From Candidatus Anderseniibacteriota bacterium (GTDB lineage Bacteria > Patescibacteriota > Andersenbacteria > UBA10190), in assembly GCA_040900375.1 (NCBI GenBank), contig JBBDZC010000008.1:2182-66181 (forward strand): a DNA stretch of 64,000 bases, given 5' to 3'. Shown here one piece after another: positions 20,502 through 33,636 of this stretch. Numbering within the stretch: the stretch's first letter is position 1; each line of letters opens with the position of its first letter. Both the position numbers and the translations under genes were made by a program. The notes below the pieces were generated by a model that searched no databases, had not been told where the DNA came from, and worked only from the letters and a program-made list of their open reading frames with translations.

Positions 20502-21956
20502 ATGCGTTACCATACAGTCTGTATGCATTTACCGGCGGAAGTCCAATCAATCATTACGACGCTGCACCAGGCGGGGTTTGAGGCCTACGCTGTCGGCGGC
20601 TGCGTGCGTGATCTCTTGCTGCATCGAGAACCGAAAGACTGGGACGTGACGACCAAGGCTCGGCCGGAAGAGATTCAAAAATTATTTCCGCAACATTTCT
20701 ACACCAATCGTTTTGGAACAGTAACGGTGTTGACGGCGAGTAAACACGCCGCTTTGGCCCAGGTGGAAGTGACCACCTACCGTATTGACGGCAACTACAG
20801 TGACCAGCGGCATCCCGACGAAGTACGGTTTTCCACGACGTTAGAAGAGGACTTGGCGCGGCGGGATTTTACCATTAACGCAATTGCCCTCGATGAAAAT
20901 ACGGTGATTGATCCGTTTCAAGGGCAAGCTGACTTGGAACAAGGCATCATCCGCGCGGTCGGAGAGGCAAGCGAGCGCTTCCAGGAAGATGCGCTGCGCA
21001 TGCTGCGGGCAATACGGCTAGCGAGCCAGCTTGATTACACTATTGCGGCGGATACTCTACAGGCAATTGCGGCTGGAGCAGCTACGATTGCCGCTGTCTC
21101 CCCCGAGCGGGTCCGCGATGAATTCCTTAAGATTGTCATGAGTGATTATCCCGAGAAAGGATTTAACTTGTTGCAGGCAACTGGTCTCCTGCCCCTGATT
21201 CTACCCGAGTTAGCGGAAGGCGTTGGGGTCAAACAAAACAAGCACCATATCTATACCGTCTTTGAGCACAACATTAAATCACTGCAATTTGCTGCCCAGT
21301 ACAATTATTCTTTGTCCGTGCGCCTGGCGGCTTTACTCCACGATGTTGGTAAACCTCGGACTCGCCGCCGCCGGGGCAACGACTATACTTTTTACGCCCA
21401 CGAAATTGTTGGTGCCCGGATGGCAGAAAAATTACTACAGCGGCTGCGGTTGCCCCGCGAGGTTGTACAGCAGGTGACCCATCTCGTGCGCCACCACATG
21501 TTTTACTACGACGTCGGCAGGGTGACCGAAGCGGGGATGCGGCGGTTGCTGCACCGGGTGGGCCGGGAGAACTTTGCTGACCTGATTAAAGTTCGCATTG
21601 CCGAGCGTAAAGGTTCAGGTGTCCCCAAAGCCGAGCCGTACCGTCTGCGCCACTTGCAGTTTATGGCCGAAAAAGTATCCCGCCAGGCAGTGACGGTAGC
21701 CCAACTCGCTGTTAATGGCACCGATTTAATTCAAGAACTGCACCTAAAACCCGGTCCGCAAATTGGTGGCATTTTAAATGCGCTGCTGGCAGAGGTTCTA
21801 GACAACCCAGTTAAGAATGAGCGGTCGTACTTGCTCCAGCGAGCCCGTGAGCTCATTACGGCTGATCCGGAAACGCTCAAGGCGCTAGGCGAGAAAGCTC
21901 GCGACGAAGAGGAAACTAAGCGCGACGAAACTATCCGGCGAAAATACCACGTGTAG
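20502..21956 (+). CDS. cca: CCA-adding enzyme / tRNA nucleotidyltransferase (pol-beta head plus HD domain), located inside the 16S-23S spacer. Alternative start at 20523.
   Basis: GGCVRDLLLHREPKDWDVTT nucleotidyltransferase head. HD motif LLHDVGKP. 484 aa. Confidence 0.85.
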   Translation: MRYHTVCMHLPAEVQSIITTLHQAGFEAYAVGGCVRDLLLHREPKDWDVTTKARPEEIQKLFPQHFYTNRFGTVTVLTASKHAALAQVEVTTYRIDGNYSDQRHPDEVRFSTTLEEDLARRDFTINAIALDENTVIDPFQGQADLEQGIIRAVGEASERFQEDALRMLRAIRLASQLDYTIAADTLQAIAAGAATIAAVSPERVRDEFLKIVMSDYPEKGFNLLQATGLLPLILPELAEGVGVKQNKHHIYTVFEHNIKSLQFAAQYNYSLSVRLAALLHDVGKPRTRRRRGNDYTFYAHEIVGARMAEKLLQRLRLPREVVQQVTHLVRHHMFYYDVGRVTEAGMRRLLHRVGRENFADLIKVRIAERKGSGVPKAEPYRLRHLQFMAEKVSRQAVTVAQLAVNGTDLIQELHLKPGPQIGGILNALLAEVLDNPVKNERSYLLQRARELITADPETLKALGEKARDEEETKRDETIRRKYHV

Positions 21957-21999
21957 GGCGTACTTTCCACTTTGTATTTTTGCTTCTAAAATGAGGCGT

Positions 22000-22248
22000 A
22001 TGACACTTGGTAGTTTCTTCCTGGGGCTCGCCTTGATGATTATTGGCTTCTTGTGCGTTCGCAAAACTGATGCTCTCTTACGCTATTTCGGGGATATTAG
22101 CGAAGTATTTGGGCTCATCAATGCCCAGTGGATCAGTTGGAAGGTTTTTGGGGTGGCCTTAATGATTGTCGGTTTCATGGTCGCCTTTGGTCTCCTGCAG
22201 GCCTTCTTGATACTTACCATTGGTCGCCTCTTTAACTTCAGCGTCTAG
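22000..22248 (+). CDS. Small 2-TM membrane protein.
   Basis: GAGG RBS 5 nt upstream of the ATG at 22000. Track ORF 21991..22248. Confidence 0.45.
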   Translation: MTLGSFFLGLALMIIGFLCVRKTDALLRYFGDISEVFGLINAQWISWKVFGVALMIVGFMVAFGLLQAFLILTIGRLFNFSV

Positions 22249-22302
22249 TATACTGACCTTGCCAAGCAGCCGGAAAGAAGCTTCAATAGCAACGACTGCG
22301 AA

Positions 22303-22373
22303 GGGCCTGTAGCTTAGTGGTAGAGCAGCCGGTTTGCATCCGGCAGATAGCGGTTCGATTCCGCTCAGGTCCA
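22303..22373 (+). tRNA. tRNA-Ala (anticodon TGC). CCA not encoded.
   Basis: GGGCCTG acceptor with G3-U70 wobble (the alanine identity element). Anticodon arm GCCGG-TTTGCAT-CCGGC. T-loop TTCGATT. Confidence 0.85.
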
Positions 22374-22478
22374 CACTTCACTCGCCAATCTAGTGTGGCG
22401 CTCATGCGACTTCCAATAATTTACATTAAGGTCCACAACATCAGTCATTTGCGCTATACTATAGGGGAAGAAATTACT

Positions 22479-22733
22479 ATGGTCAGTTTCTTACGAAGTA
22501 ACCGTAGGCGTCGCTGGAAGATGGAGCGGGCGAGTGTGCACCGGCGGCACGTACGCCGTCCTCGCAGTAATAAGTTCTCGGGTGGTGATCATGAGGCACT
22601 CCCGCAACAACATGCCCGGCAGCAAGTATGGGTGGGAGGCTACTGGCGAAGCGACGGGGTATATGTTAAGGGTCACTATCGCCATAATGCCCAGTGGTGG
22701 CCACAGAAGCGGGCAGTAAGGAAAACGTCCTAA
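22479..22733 (+). CDS. Small, highly basic Arg/His/Trp-rich protein (about 85 aa), hypothetical.
   Basis: Internal ATG of ORF 22317..22733, which otherwise starts inside tRNA-Ala. Hairpin plus T-run terminator at about 22734-22760. Confidence 0.3.
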   Translation: MVSFLRSNRRRRWKMERASVHRRHVRRPRSNKFSGGDHEALPQQHARQQVWVGGYWRSDGVYVKGHYRHNAQWWPQKRAVRKTS

Positions 22734-22836
22734 AGGGGCGTTTTTTTGACAACGGGGTGCTTTTTCGCTACACTATAAGGTATTGCTGCAAGAATCTTTC
22801 TGTAATCCTTTCGAGAGGAGGTGACCGACCTACGAT

Positions 22837-23592
22837 ATGCCCTCACATTTCTTAGATGGAGTTGATGCTGGTCCTGTAAACGGAGGTGCTTCTAATCCTC
22901 TCACGTCTTGGAGTGACGCGATTGTTAGCTCACTGCAAGATTTATGGTTCCAGTTTATTAGCTTCATCCCCAACTTAGTGGCAGCACTCGTTGTCTTCTT
23001 TATTGGGTGGGCAATTGCAATCGCTATCGGTCGCCTAGTAGAAAAACTATTGGTAATTCTCCGTATCAACCAAGCTTTTGAGAACGTCAAAGGCTTGCGC
23101 GACGCGGCAGAGCGCGCCAATCTTAAGATTAACATTCCTCGTCTTTTCGGCGAGATTGTGAAATGGTTCTTAATTCTTGTTACTCTCTTGGCCACAACCG
23201 ACATCTTGGGCTTAAACGACGTGGCAGAGTTCTTACGCCAAGTCCTTGAGTATATCCCGAATGTTGTCGTGGCGGCTTTGATCTTGGTGATTGCTGTAGT
23301 CCTCGCTAACTTTGTGTATCGCACGGTAGCCGCTAGCGTCAGCGCGGCGGGCTTTACCAGTGCATCTGCAGTCGCAGCGGTGAGCAAATGGTCTATTCTG
23401 ATCTTTGCTATTCTCGCGGCGTTATTGCAGCTCAACGTGGCAGTTTCACTCATCCAAACAATTCTTACGGCCTTCTTCGCGATGGTCGCGTTAGCCGGTG
23501 GTTTAGCGTTTGGCTTAGGTGGTAAAGATCTTGCCACCAAGTGGCTGCGAAAGATCGAATCTGATCTTTCTGGCAGAAACAAATTGTCCTAA
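22837..23592 (+). CDS. Polytopic membrane protein with repeated conserved TM-helix modules (MscS-associated TM_helix-like).
   Basis: Strong AGGAGG RBS. Repeats of the pattern LxxFxxxIPNxVxAxLxxxIG. 251 aa. The mirror ORF on the minus strand is judged spurious. Confidence 0.65.
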   Translation: MPSHFLDGVDAGPVNGGASNPLTSWSDAIVSSLQDLWFQFISFIPNLVAALVVFFIGWAIAIAIGRLVEKLLVILRINQAFENVKGLRDAAERANLKINIPRLFGEIVKWFLILVTLLATTDILGLNDVAEFLRQVLEYIPNVVVAALILVIAVVLANFVYRTVAASVSAAGFTSASAVAAVSKWSILIFAILAALLQLNVAVSLIQTILTAFFAMVALAGGLAFGLGGKDLATKWLRKIESDLSGRNKLS

Positions 23593-23718
23593 ATTCTCCG
23601 ACATGAGATTCCGCCACGCGCGGGACACAAAAGCAAAAGCAAAAAACGGTTACTAGTAGTAGGGCCGTTTTTTGTTGTATGATAGGGAGGATCTTTTATC
23701 CTTCATGTGCACCTTTAT

Positions 23719-24057
23719 ATGCCGCGTAAAAAGAGAGCTCGTTCTCAAAAATCGAGTAAGTACCAAGAATTACCCCTCTTAGCCGTCAGTGTGGGTGTGA
23801 TATTTTTTATTCTACAGCTGCTGTTCTTGTTGTTTGTCTATAATCCGGCGGGGCCGCTCTTGGGGATTATTACAGCCCTGTGGGTCGGCGGCGGCATTGT
23901 TTTTGCTACCGGAGTCGTCGGCGCTATCCGGGAATCACGCTGGTCGCTCCTCCTGCTCTCGGCGCCAGCCTTTGCTTTCGGCGCCTTTTGCGTGCTCTCT
24001 TTCCTGTCTGGCTTTGGACAGCTGGTGGCCCAGTGGCTGACAACAGTAAATCTATAA
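23719..24057 (+). CDS. Small membrane protein (3-4 TM), hypothetical.
   Basis: GGGAGG RBS region at 23685-23690. Hydrophobic helices. Confidence 0.45.
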   Translation: MPRKKRARSQKSSKYQELPLLAVSVGVIFFILQLLFLLFVYNPAGPLLGIITALWVGGGIVFATGVVGAIRESRWSLLLLSAPAFAFGAFCVLSFLSGFGQLVAQWLTTVNL

Positions 24058-24749
24058 GGCACCGGCACTGATCGACTTGACACCTTTTCGGGGCTTTCGT
24101 ATATTACATTATACAAATATGCAGATTATTTCTAACTGCAAGATCCCACGAAGCGGCTAAAGACTTTTCTTTATTTGCTGGTTTACAGCCGCCGCTTCCT
24201 CTGGAGCGGCTTTCTGTTTTTCCCCCAGAAAAACAGCCCTGGAGAGCCTCGCAAGAGGTACTAGGAGCCCCTCCTTCCCGTTGGGTTTCTTACCCGCCGG
24301 GACACTCGGACACGAACGAGTGCAAGCTACAGCAGAGTAATTATTACACTGGTGGATCTCTCGTCTCTTTCTTCGCCCGCAATGATCGCTTTGCTGTGGT
24401 TTGCCTGATTGCCCTTTTGGCAACTAAATAGTGTCCTGTATCTTAAAAGAAATTAAGCTACGAGGATACATCAAGTGTAAATCAATTACACATTGCAAGT
24501 CCCGTACCAAACAGTGGTACTGGGCACATATCATGCTCTTTAAAATTAGAGCATGATGAACCGTAAACCGCCTGTCTTGCCGACAGGTTACTAATTGGTT
24601 TGCGGGCCGTCCGACGGTAAGGCGCACCGATCTTCAATAATAAGATCAGTCAACGCTAAGCTGGAGGCGGCACGATCACTGAAAGTAAAAATCAACATAC
24701 GACTAGCGATCAGATATCGCTAGCCAAAAACTCAAATGCATCATACACC

Positions 24750-28268
<3,519 letters not shown>

Positions 28269-28480
28269 TCTGAATTTTGGCTAGTGATATCTTGATTACT
28301 AGTTGATCGTGAACGCAGTGTGTGATTGATTTATGGTAGACCATCAAAGCTCTGAAGATTAACCGCTAATCTTCAGTCTTCGGTGGTTTTAGCGGTGGGG
28401 AAATCCCCGTAGTACATGCTTCGCATGACTACGGGACTTCCGCACCCGATCCTCGTACTTTTTCATTTCAGCTCATTATT

Positions 28481-28596
28481 CGCGGTGTCTTTAGCGAGAG
28501 GGAAACACCCGTTCCCATTCCGACCACGGAAGTTAAGCCTCTCAGCGCCGATGGTAGTTAGGATTATTACCCTAGCGAGAGTAGGTCGGTGCCGCG
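28481..28596 (+). rRNA. rrf: 5S ribosomal RNA.
   Basis: CCCGTTCCCATTCCGACCACGGAAGTTAAGC...AGCGCCGATGGTAGT...GCGAGAGTAGGTCGGTGCCGCG. Helix I closes CGCGGTG/GGTGCCGCG. Confidence 0.85.
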
Positions 28597-28654
28597 TATA
28601 ATGCGTTGAAAAGTACAAGGAAATCACGGAAGCATGCCCTGTATAGTGAATCCG

Positions 28655-28790
28655 TAGAATTCTACTGCGGGGTTAAGCCCACCAGCGCCGATGGTGTCCG
28701 CCGAAGCTTTAGCGTAGGTGGATGGTAGCCAACAAAGGCGAGAGCCAACCTTCGCACAAGGCTACGGCGGGGGTGCTAGGTCGGTGCCGG
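28655..28790 (+). repeat. Degenerate partial 5S-like copy (matches the 3' half of the 5S, with an internal insertion) between the 5S gene and the operon terminator.
   Basis: GTTAAGCCCACCAGCGCCGATGGT and TAGGTCGGTGCCGG match 5S positions GTTAAGCCTCTCAGCGCCGATGGT and TAGGTCGGTGCCGCG. Confidence 0.45.
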
Positions 28791-28795
28791 TTTAA

Positions 28796-28826
28796 AGAAA
28801 ATCCGTCCCTAAAGGACGGATTTTTT
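28796..28826 (+). terminator. Rho-independent terminator of the rRNA operon (ccgtcc-ctaaa-ggacgg, then TTTTTT).
   Basis: Perfect 6-bp GC stem followed by a 6-T run. Confidence 0.7.
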
Positions 28827-29089
28827 GTATATCACAGCGTAGTTCTGGTACTAGCCTGAAAAATAAAAGTCACCATGGGCTTATGCCCGTGGTATCGGGG
28901 GACTTTTGTCTGTGGCGTGCCGGCTCCGCCGGGACAGTGACAAAGCCCTTCATCCTCGGGCTTACGCCCGAGGTCTTACGGGCTCCAGATAAAGTGCGGC
29001 GGCTGTCACAGTGTTGTACCTGACCGACAAAATCATAATCTTTTTCTAGTGCGCATTCCCGCAGACATTGGTACGTTAACTATTGAAAA

Positions 29090-29383
29090 ATGATGAGCGA
29101 TACTTACACACAGCAATCAGAAATTTTTTCCCTGTCGCGCTTGGAGAAAACTCTTGAAGTTCTACTCGGTTTTCTCGGGCCATTGTTGCTCTTTGCCCTC
29201 TTTGTATTTTTTGACGCATTAGGCTTTGTAGTCTTGCGAGTCATTTTTATAATGGCAGTGGGTACTCTCGCTTTGTATTCTTACCTTTTAGCGCGGCGGG
29301 CTTACCCTTACTTTGCCGCCACGAATTTGTTAGCCCTGGTCAGTTTTATTGGCGTAACGCTCTATCTCTTCGCAGCTCGTTAA
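29090..29383 (+). CDS. Small membrane protein (3 TM), hypothetical.
   Basis: Hydrophobic helices. 97 aa. Confidence 0.45.
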   Translation: MMSDTYTQQSEIFSLSRLEKTLEVLLGFLGPLLLFALFVFFDALGFVVLRVIFIMAVGTLALYSYLLARRAYPYFAATNLLALVSFIGVTLYLFAAR

Positions 29384-29393
29384 AACGATAACT

Positions 29394-30809
29394 TTACGAA
29401 GCGGCATCGAGGCGGCGAATCATGGTTGTCAGAATAATTGGTGTCAGCAACGTGGTAATAATGACCATGATGACAATGACCGAGTAGACTGCATCCGAGA
29501 TGACGCCCAGTGTACTGCCCATCGCCGCAAAAATTAAGCCGACTTCACCGCGAGGGACCATGCCCCAGCCCACAATTGACTTCCTAACCTTGCCACCCGC
29601 GACTAGACCAGCGGCTAGTTTACCAATAAAGGCGGCGACGGTGATGCCTAAAGCTACGAAGAGGATAGTAGGGTTTAGCAGCGTGTCTAGCTTTACGGCC
29701 ATCCCCGTGACGACGAAGAAAATGGGTACGAGGAAGTGGCCGAGGGGCTCAATTAATTCATCAATGTGCCGATGGGCATGTGATTCTACGACCTGCAGAA
29801 TATTTTGCTTGTTGTCGAGGGTAATACCATCCATAGTTTGCCGAACCTCGTCAATAATGCGCGGACCCTTAAAGTGCCGAAAGTGTAATGGGTCGAGCAC
29901 TAAACCGGCGGCAAAGGCACCAACAATTGGCGCTAAACCAATGACACCGGCCAACCAGGCAAAAATTAAGCCGAAGCTAATAGCGAGGGTAAACTTCATC
30001 CCGGCACCGGTGTGAATCCGCGAAAAGAGCCGGCCGAGCCGAGGGGCTAGTAGCTGCCCCACGACAATGGCACCAACCAAAAAGAGGATGGCTTTGCCTG
30101 CGATCAGACTGATGGTGCCAAGACTCACTGCCCCTAGGGTTACGATTGCCGAGACAACAGCCAAGATAATGAGTCCCATAACGTCATCAATCACGGCTGC
30201 GCCTAGGACAATCTGCGCCTCGGGTGTCTGTAACTTACCGAGATCACGAAAGACCCGCGCTGTAATACCTACCGAGGTCGCCGTCAACGCTGCCCCTAAA
30301 AAGAGATAAGTATTCGCCGAGAGTCCTGGCAGTAGCCAGGGACCCACGAGATAGGTACCAAGGATAAAGGGACCGATGACCCCCACCATGGCTACCAAGA
30401 AAGCGCGCCAGCCGACCGATCGCAAAGTTTTAATATTCGACTCCAAGCCAATCTGGAAGAGTAGGATCACGACACCAAGTTCTGCTAAAAAGACGATGAT
30501 GGAGTCATGCCTAATCGGCTCGAACATTGTTAACCCCACTAGTGCCAGATTACCCAAGACGACTCCGGCAAGTAGCTCGCCTAAGACAGCGGGTTGCCCG
30601 AAACGTTCAATTAAACTGGAGAACTTAGCTACCAAAAGGATGATCGCAATCCACAGAAACGTGACTGCGGTATGGTGTCCTTGATCAGGACTGTGACTCG
30701 CGGCATAGGCTGCCGCGAGAGTTAAAACGATACAGATGAGACCGAGATAGGTGAGGGCGCCGACTCGGGACATCGTTCGGCGACGGAGACGGTCAGTAAG
30801 ATACATCAT
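29394..30809 (-). CDS. Monovalent cation:proton antiporter (CPA2 / Na+/H+ exchanger family). Alternative start at 30773.
   Basis: 12-13 TM. Motifs typical of Kef/NhaP-type exchangers (GELLAGVVLGN, GLE...). Confidence 0.8.
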   Translation of the reverse strand: MMYLTDRLRRRTMSRVGALTYLGLICIVLTLAAAYAASHSPDQGHHTAVTFLWIAIILLVAKFSSLIERFGQPAVLGELLAGVVLGNLALVGLTMFEPIRHDSIIVFLAELGVVILLFQIGLESNIKTLRSVGWRAFLVAMVGVIGPFILGTYLVGPWLLPGLSANTYLFLGAALTATSVGITARVFRDLGKLQTPEAQIVLGAAVIDDVMGLIILAVVSAIVTLGAVSLGTISLIAGKAILFLVGAIVVGQLLAPRLGRLFSRIHTGAGMKFTLAISFGLIFAWLAGVIGLAPIVGAFAAGLVLDPLHFRHFKGPRIIDEVRQTMDGITLDNKQNILQVVESHAHRHIDELIEPLGHFLVPIFFVVTGMAVKLDTLLNPTILFVALGITVAAFIGKLAAGLVAGGKVRKSIVGWGMVPRGEVGLIFAAMGSTLGVISDAVYSVIVIMVIITTLLTPIILTTMIRRLDAAS

Positions 30810-30970
30810 AACTTTACGTTCAGGTTATTTATAGAGATCTAAGAATAAATTACATGATGCACGAATGGAGTAACTATGCAAGATGGGCCATTTTTATTTT
30901 TAAGAGCGCTGACAAGATTGCCTTACTCTATTCAAAATAGGCATAGTTGCAGTACGCTGGGGGAACTACA

Positions 30971-31060
30971 GGAGACGTGACAGAGTGGCCGAATGTGCCG
31001 CACTCGAAATGCGGTAAGCCTTTACGGGCTTCGGAGGTTCGAATCCTCCCGTCTCCGCCA
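30971..31060 (+). tRNA. tRNA-Ser (anticodon CGA) with long variable arm, CCA encoded.
   Basis: GGAGACG acceptor. Anticodon arm with CUCGAAA loop (CGA). Long variable stem-loop GTAAGCCTTTACGGGCTTCG. T-loop TTCGAAT. CCA. Confidence 0.85.
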
Positions 31061-31144
31061 GGAATACTTTTTATCGGCAGACCTGGGTGCCTACAAATCC
31101 AAAGCTTTAGGCATTTCAACTGAGTAATTGTTAAAATAGAAACT

Positions 31145-31747
31145 ATGAGAAAACTTATCGTCCTAGAGTTTATCACCCTTGACGGCGTTATGCAGGCGCC
31201 GGGCGGGCCGGAGGAAGACACATCCGGCGGCTTTAAATATGGCGGTTGGACCGTTCCATATTTTGACGAAAAGACGGGTGAGATTATGGGTAAGCAAATG
31301 AGTAAACCGTTTGATCTATTGCTCGGAAGCAAAACATACGATATTTTCGCTTCATATTGGCCAAAACACGAAGATTCATGGCCCGGGGTTAATGCGGTGA
31401 CGAAATATGTGGTGTCACATGAAGAAAAAGAGTTACGGTGGGGACCTGCCGAACTCATCACTGGCGATGTGGTCGCGAAGCTGCAAGAGCTTAAAGAGGG
31501 TGACGGCCCAGACCTGCAAGTGTACGGCAGCGGCAACTTAATACAGACACTCTTGAAGCACGACTTGGTTGATGAATTGTGGCTTAAAATTTTCCCTATA
31601 ACGCTCGGCCCAGGTAAACGTCTATTTGCCGAGGGTACGATTCCTGCAGCTTTCAAACTGACTGACAGCAAAGTTTCGCCTAGTGGTGTCATTTTTGCCA
31701 ATTACGAACGTGCTGGTGAAGTTAAAACTGGTTCTTTTGGGGAATAG
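31145..31747 (+). CDS. Dihydrofolate-reductase-family protein (RibD C-terminal-like, YwjB type).
   Basis: MRKLIVLEFITLDGVMQAPGGPEED...YGSGNLIQTLLKHDLVDELWLKIFPITLG. The overlapping 257-aa minus-strand ORF is Ser/Pro-rich, overlaps the tRNA, and is judged spurious. Confidence 0.8.
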   Translation: MRKLIVLEFITLDGVMQAPGGPEEDTSGGFKYGGWTVPYFDEKTGEIMGKQMSKPFDLLLGSKTYDIFASYWPKHEDSWPGVNAVTKYVVSHEEKELRWGPAELITGDVVAKLQELKEGDGPDLQVYGSGNLIQTLLKHDLVDELWLKIFPITLGPGKRLFAEGTIPAAFKLTDSKVSPSGVIFANYERAGEVKTGSFGE

Positions 31748-31797
31748 AAAAATTATGTGAATCTGCCGCCAAAGAAAATTAAACTAAAATCACTAAT

Positions 31798-32091
31798 ATG
31801 ATAAGAGAATATATCCAATACTTAAAAGACAACCCCGAAGGCTATTGGTTTAAAGCCAAACTCTTTGGCTGGGGCTGGGTGCCGGTGAAATGGCAGGGCT
31901 GGCTTGTCGTGGCCATCGGCATTGCTATTGGTAGTGCTGGTATCTACATCGGTGACATCGATGACGCTCCTGGCGCAGCGCTCATGGGCATCTTTCTCGC
32001 AATTACACTTATATTCATATTCGGGTACTGGAAGGGTGAGAAACCACGCTGGCAGTGGGGAGTGCCTAAAAAATACAAGTCGCAAAAGTAA
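31798..32091 (+). CDS. Small 2-TM membrane protein, hypothetical.
   Basis: 97 aa with hydrophobic helices. Confidence 0.4.
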   Translation: MIREYIQYLKDNPEGYWFKAKLFGWGWVPVKWQGWLVVAIGIAIGSAGIYIGDIDDAPGAALMGIFLAITLIFIFGYWKGEKPRWQWGVPKKYKSQK

Positions 32092-32115
32092 TTTACAATT
32101 AACTACAAGAACAGT

Positions 32116-32547
32116 ATGAACAAACCAAATCCAGTTATACACTTTGAAATGCCGTACGAGGATAGGGATCGCATGGCATCATTTTACGAACATGTGTTTG
32201 GTTGGCAGACAAATAAGCTGGGCTCCGAGATGGGAAACTATGTTGTCGCCATGACCTCCGAACGTGAGGATATGACTAAGTTTCCTGATAAGCCCGGAAT
32301 GATAGACGGCGGTTTTTTCAAGCGCGCGGAGGAGAACCAGCATCCGTCCGTCGTCATTTCCGTTCCCGACATTAAAGTAGCAATGGAAAAGGTAAAAAGT
32401 GCGGGTGGCACAGTCGTTGAAAGCTCGCTTCAAAACGGCGAGCCGATGGATATCCCCGGCATCGGCCGCTATGCCGGCTTCACCGACACCGAAGGCAACC
32501 GCGTGTCGCTGTTGCAGCCGGCGGAGATGGAGCAAGAAGAAACGTGA
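32116..32547 (+). CDS. VOC-family (glyoxalase/bleomycin-resistance-like) protein.
   Basis: PVIHFEMPYEDRDRMASFYEHVFGW...GGTVVES...G..FTDTEGNRVSLLQ. Paired beta-alpha-beta-beta-beta modules. Confidence 0.75.
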   Translation: MNKPNPVIHFEMPYEDRDRMASFYEHVFGWQTNKLGSEMGNYVVAMTSEREDMTKFPDKPGMIDGGFFKRAEENQHPSVVISVPDIKVAMEKVKSAGGTVVESSLQNGEPMDIPGIGRYAGFTDTEGNRVSLLQPAEMEQEET

Positions 32548-32864
32548 TACGCGGACTGTATATGGAAAACAAGCGGCTTGCTCGTATTGCACTCGTGGTA
32601 GGGTTGCTGTTGCTACTACCGTTGTTCGGGAACATCTTTATCGACGGATGGAACTGGAGCTTCGGTGATTTTCTTGTCATGGGTTCACTGCTCTTTGGCA
32701 CGGGATTTGCTATTGACCTCGCAGTGAGAAAAATTGCCAACTCTGTCCATCGGTTCATCGTCATCATTGCTATCCTGCTCGCGTTTCTCCTCATTTGGGC
32801 GGGAATGGTTGCTAATGTGGGTGAAAGACTACTTGAACAGGTACTGTGCGGCGGCGTTTGCTAA
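32544..32864 (+). CDS. Small 3-TM membrane protein, hypothetical.
   Basis: 106 aa, hydrophobic. Confidence 0.4.
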   Translation: MIRGLYMENKRLARIALVVGLLLLLPLFGNIFIDGWNWSFGDFLVMGSLLFGTGFAIDLAVRKIANSVHRFIVIIAILLAFLLIWAGMVANVGERLLEQVLCGGVC

Positions 32865-32865
32865 T

Positions 32866-33105
32866 ATGATTAAAAGAGGAGCGGTGCACAACCTACCAAC
32901 TGATTTGCGAAAAGCCATCGCTTCTATACCGGCGGTACAGGCGGCCTGGGATGATATTACGCCGCTGGCTCGCAATGAGTGGGTATGCTGGGTTACGTCC
33001 GGCAAGAAGGCGGGGACGCGCACAATCCGCATTAAGAAGGCTGTCTCAAAGCTTAAGGGCGGAATGCGCCGGCCCTGTTGTTGGGCTGGGTGCCCGCATC
33101 GTTGA
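32866..33105 (+). CDS. YdeI/OmpD-associated-like small protein (uncertain).
   Basis: Internal ATG of ORF 32734..33105, directly after the upstream stop. WVCWVTSGKKAGTRTIRIKKAVSKL resembles the YdeI family C-terminal motif. Confidence 0.4.
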   Translation: MIKRGAVHNLPTDLRKAIASIPAVQAAWDDITPLARNEWVCWVTSGKKAGTRTIRIKKAVSKLKGGMRRPCCWAGCPHR

Positions 33106-33124
33106 AAGAGTGTAATCACAAGGT

Positions 33125-33391
33125 ATGACGCTCAAAGCATTTTTCAAGCGAGAGAAATACGTTGCTTTGCACGCGCAATCGTTCAGATTCCGCATCGTCA
33201 AATATCTGGTGATTTTCGGCATCGCGTATGCGGTATATGCCTGGAAAGGGCTCGAAAGCTTGGGGCTACTGTTTCTTTTTTTGACGGTCGTAGCTCTCGG
33301 TATCCATTTCCTTTTCCGCTGGAAGACGCAGGCATGGACAAAATCGTGGGGACCGTATACGTACATTCCTCTGCCTCCTGATGAGCAGTAG
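33125..33391 (+). CDS. Small 2-TM membrane protein, hypothetical.
   Basis: 88 aa. Confidence 0.4.
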   Translation: MTLKAFFKREKYVALHAQSFRFRIVKYLVIFGIAYAVYAWKGLESLGLLFLFLTVVALGIHFLFRWKTQAWTKSWGPYTYIPLPPDEQ

Positions 33392-33636
33392 AAAAGGGTG
33401 GCTGCAATAAATAATTGAGGGGCAGACCCATAGTCATAGGGCGAATAGGCGACCTGGACGGGCTCGAGTCCCGGAGCCCCCGCCCTAAATATTAAGTATC
33501 GGATGACCCATGTGGGCTAAAGTCAAAAGAATATTCAGCGGCAAAAATAATGGCGGCTCAGCCGCGATAGAGAACCTGGGCGGCCCGCTCTTGCCCTTCT
33601 GGACAAAAAGGGGTTTTATAGGTACGTTTAAGCCTT

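Noticed and set aside
22159-22374. 71-aa minus-strand ORF.
   Set aside because: Covers tRNA-Ala.
22830-23582. 250-aa minus-strand ORF mirroring the 22837..23592 gene.
   Set aside because: The + strand ORF has a strong AGGAGG RBS and coherent TM-helix repeats. The minus-strand frame is Ala/Thr/Lys-rich with no start context.
30928-31701. 257-aa minus-strand ORF.
   Set aside because: It overlaps tRNA-Ser and is antisense to a well-supported DHFR-family gene. Ser/Pro-rich low-complexity translation.
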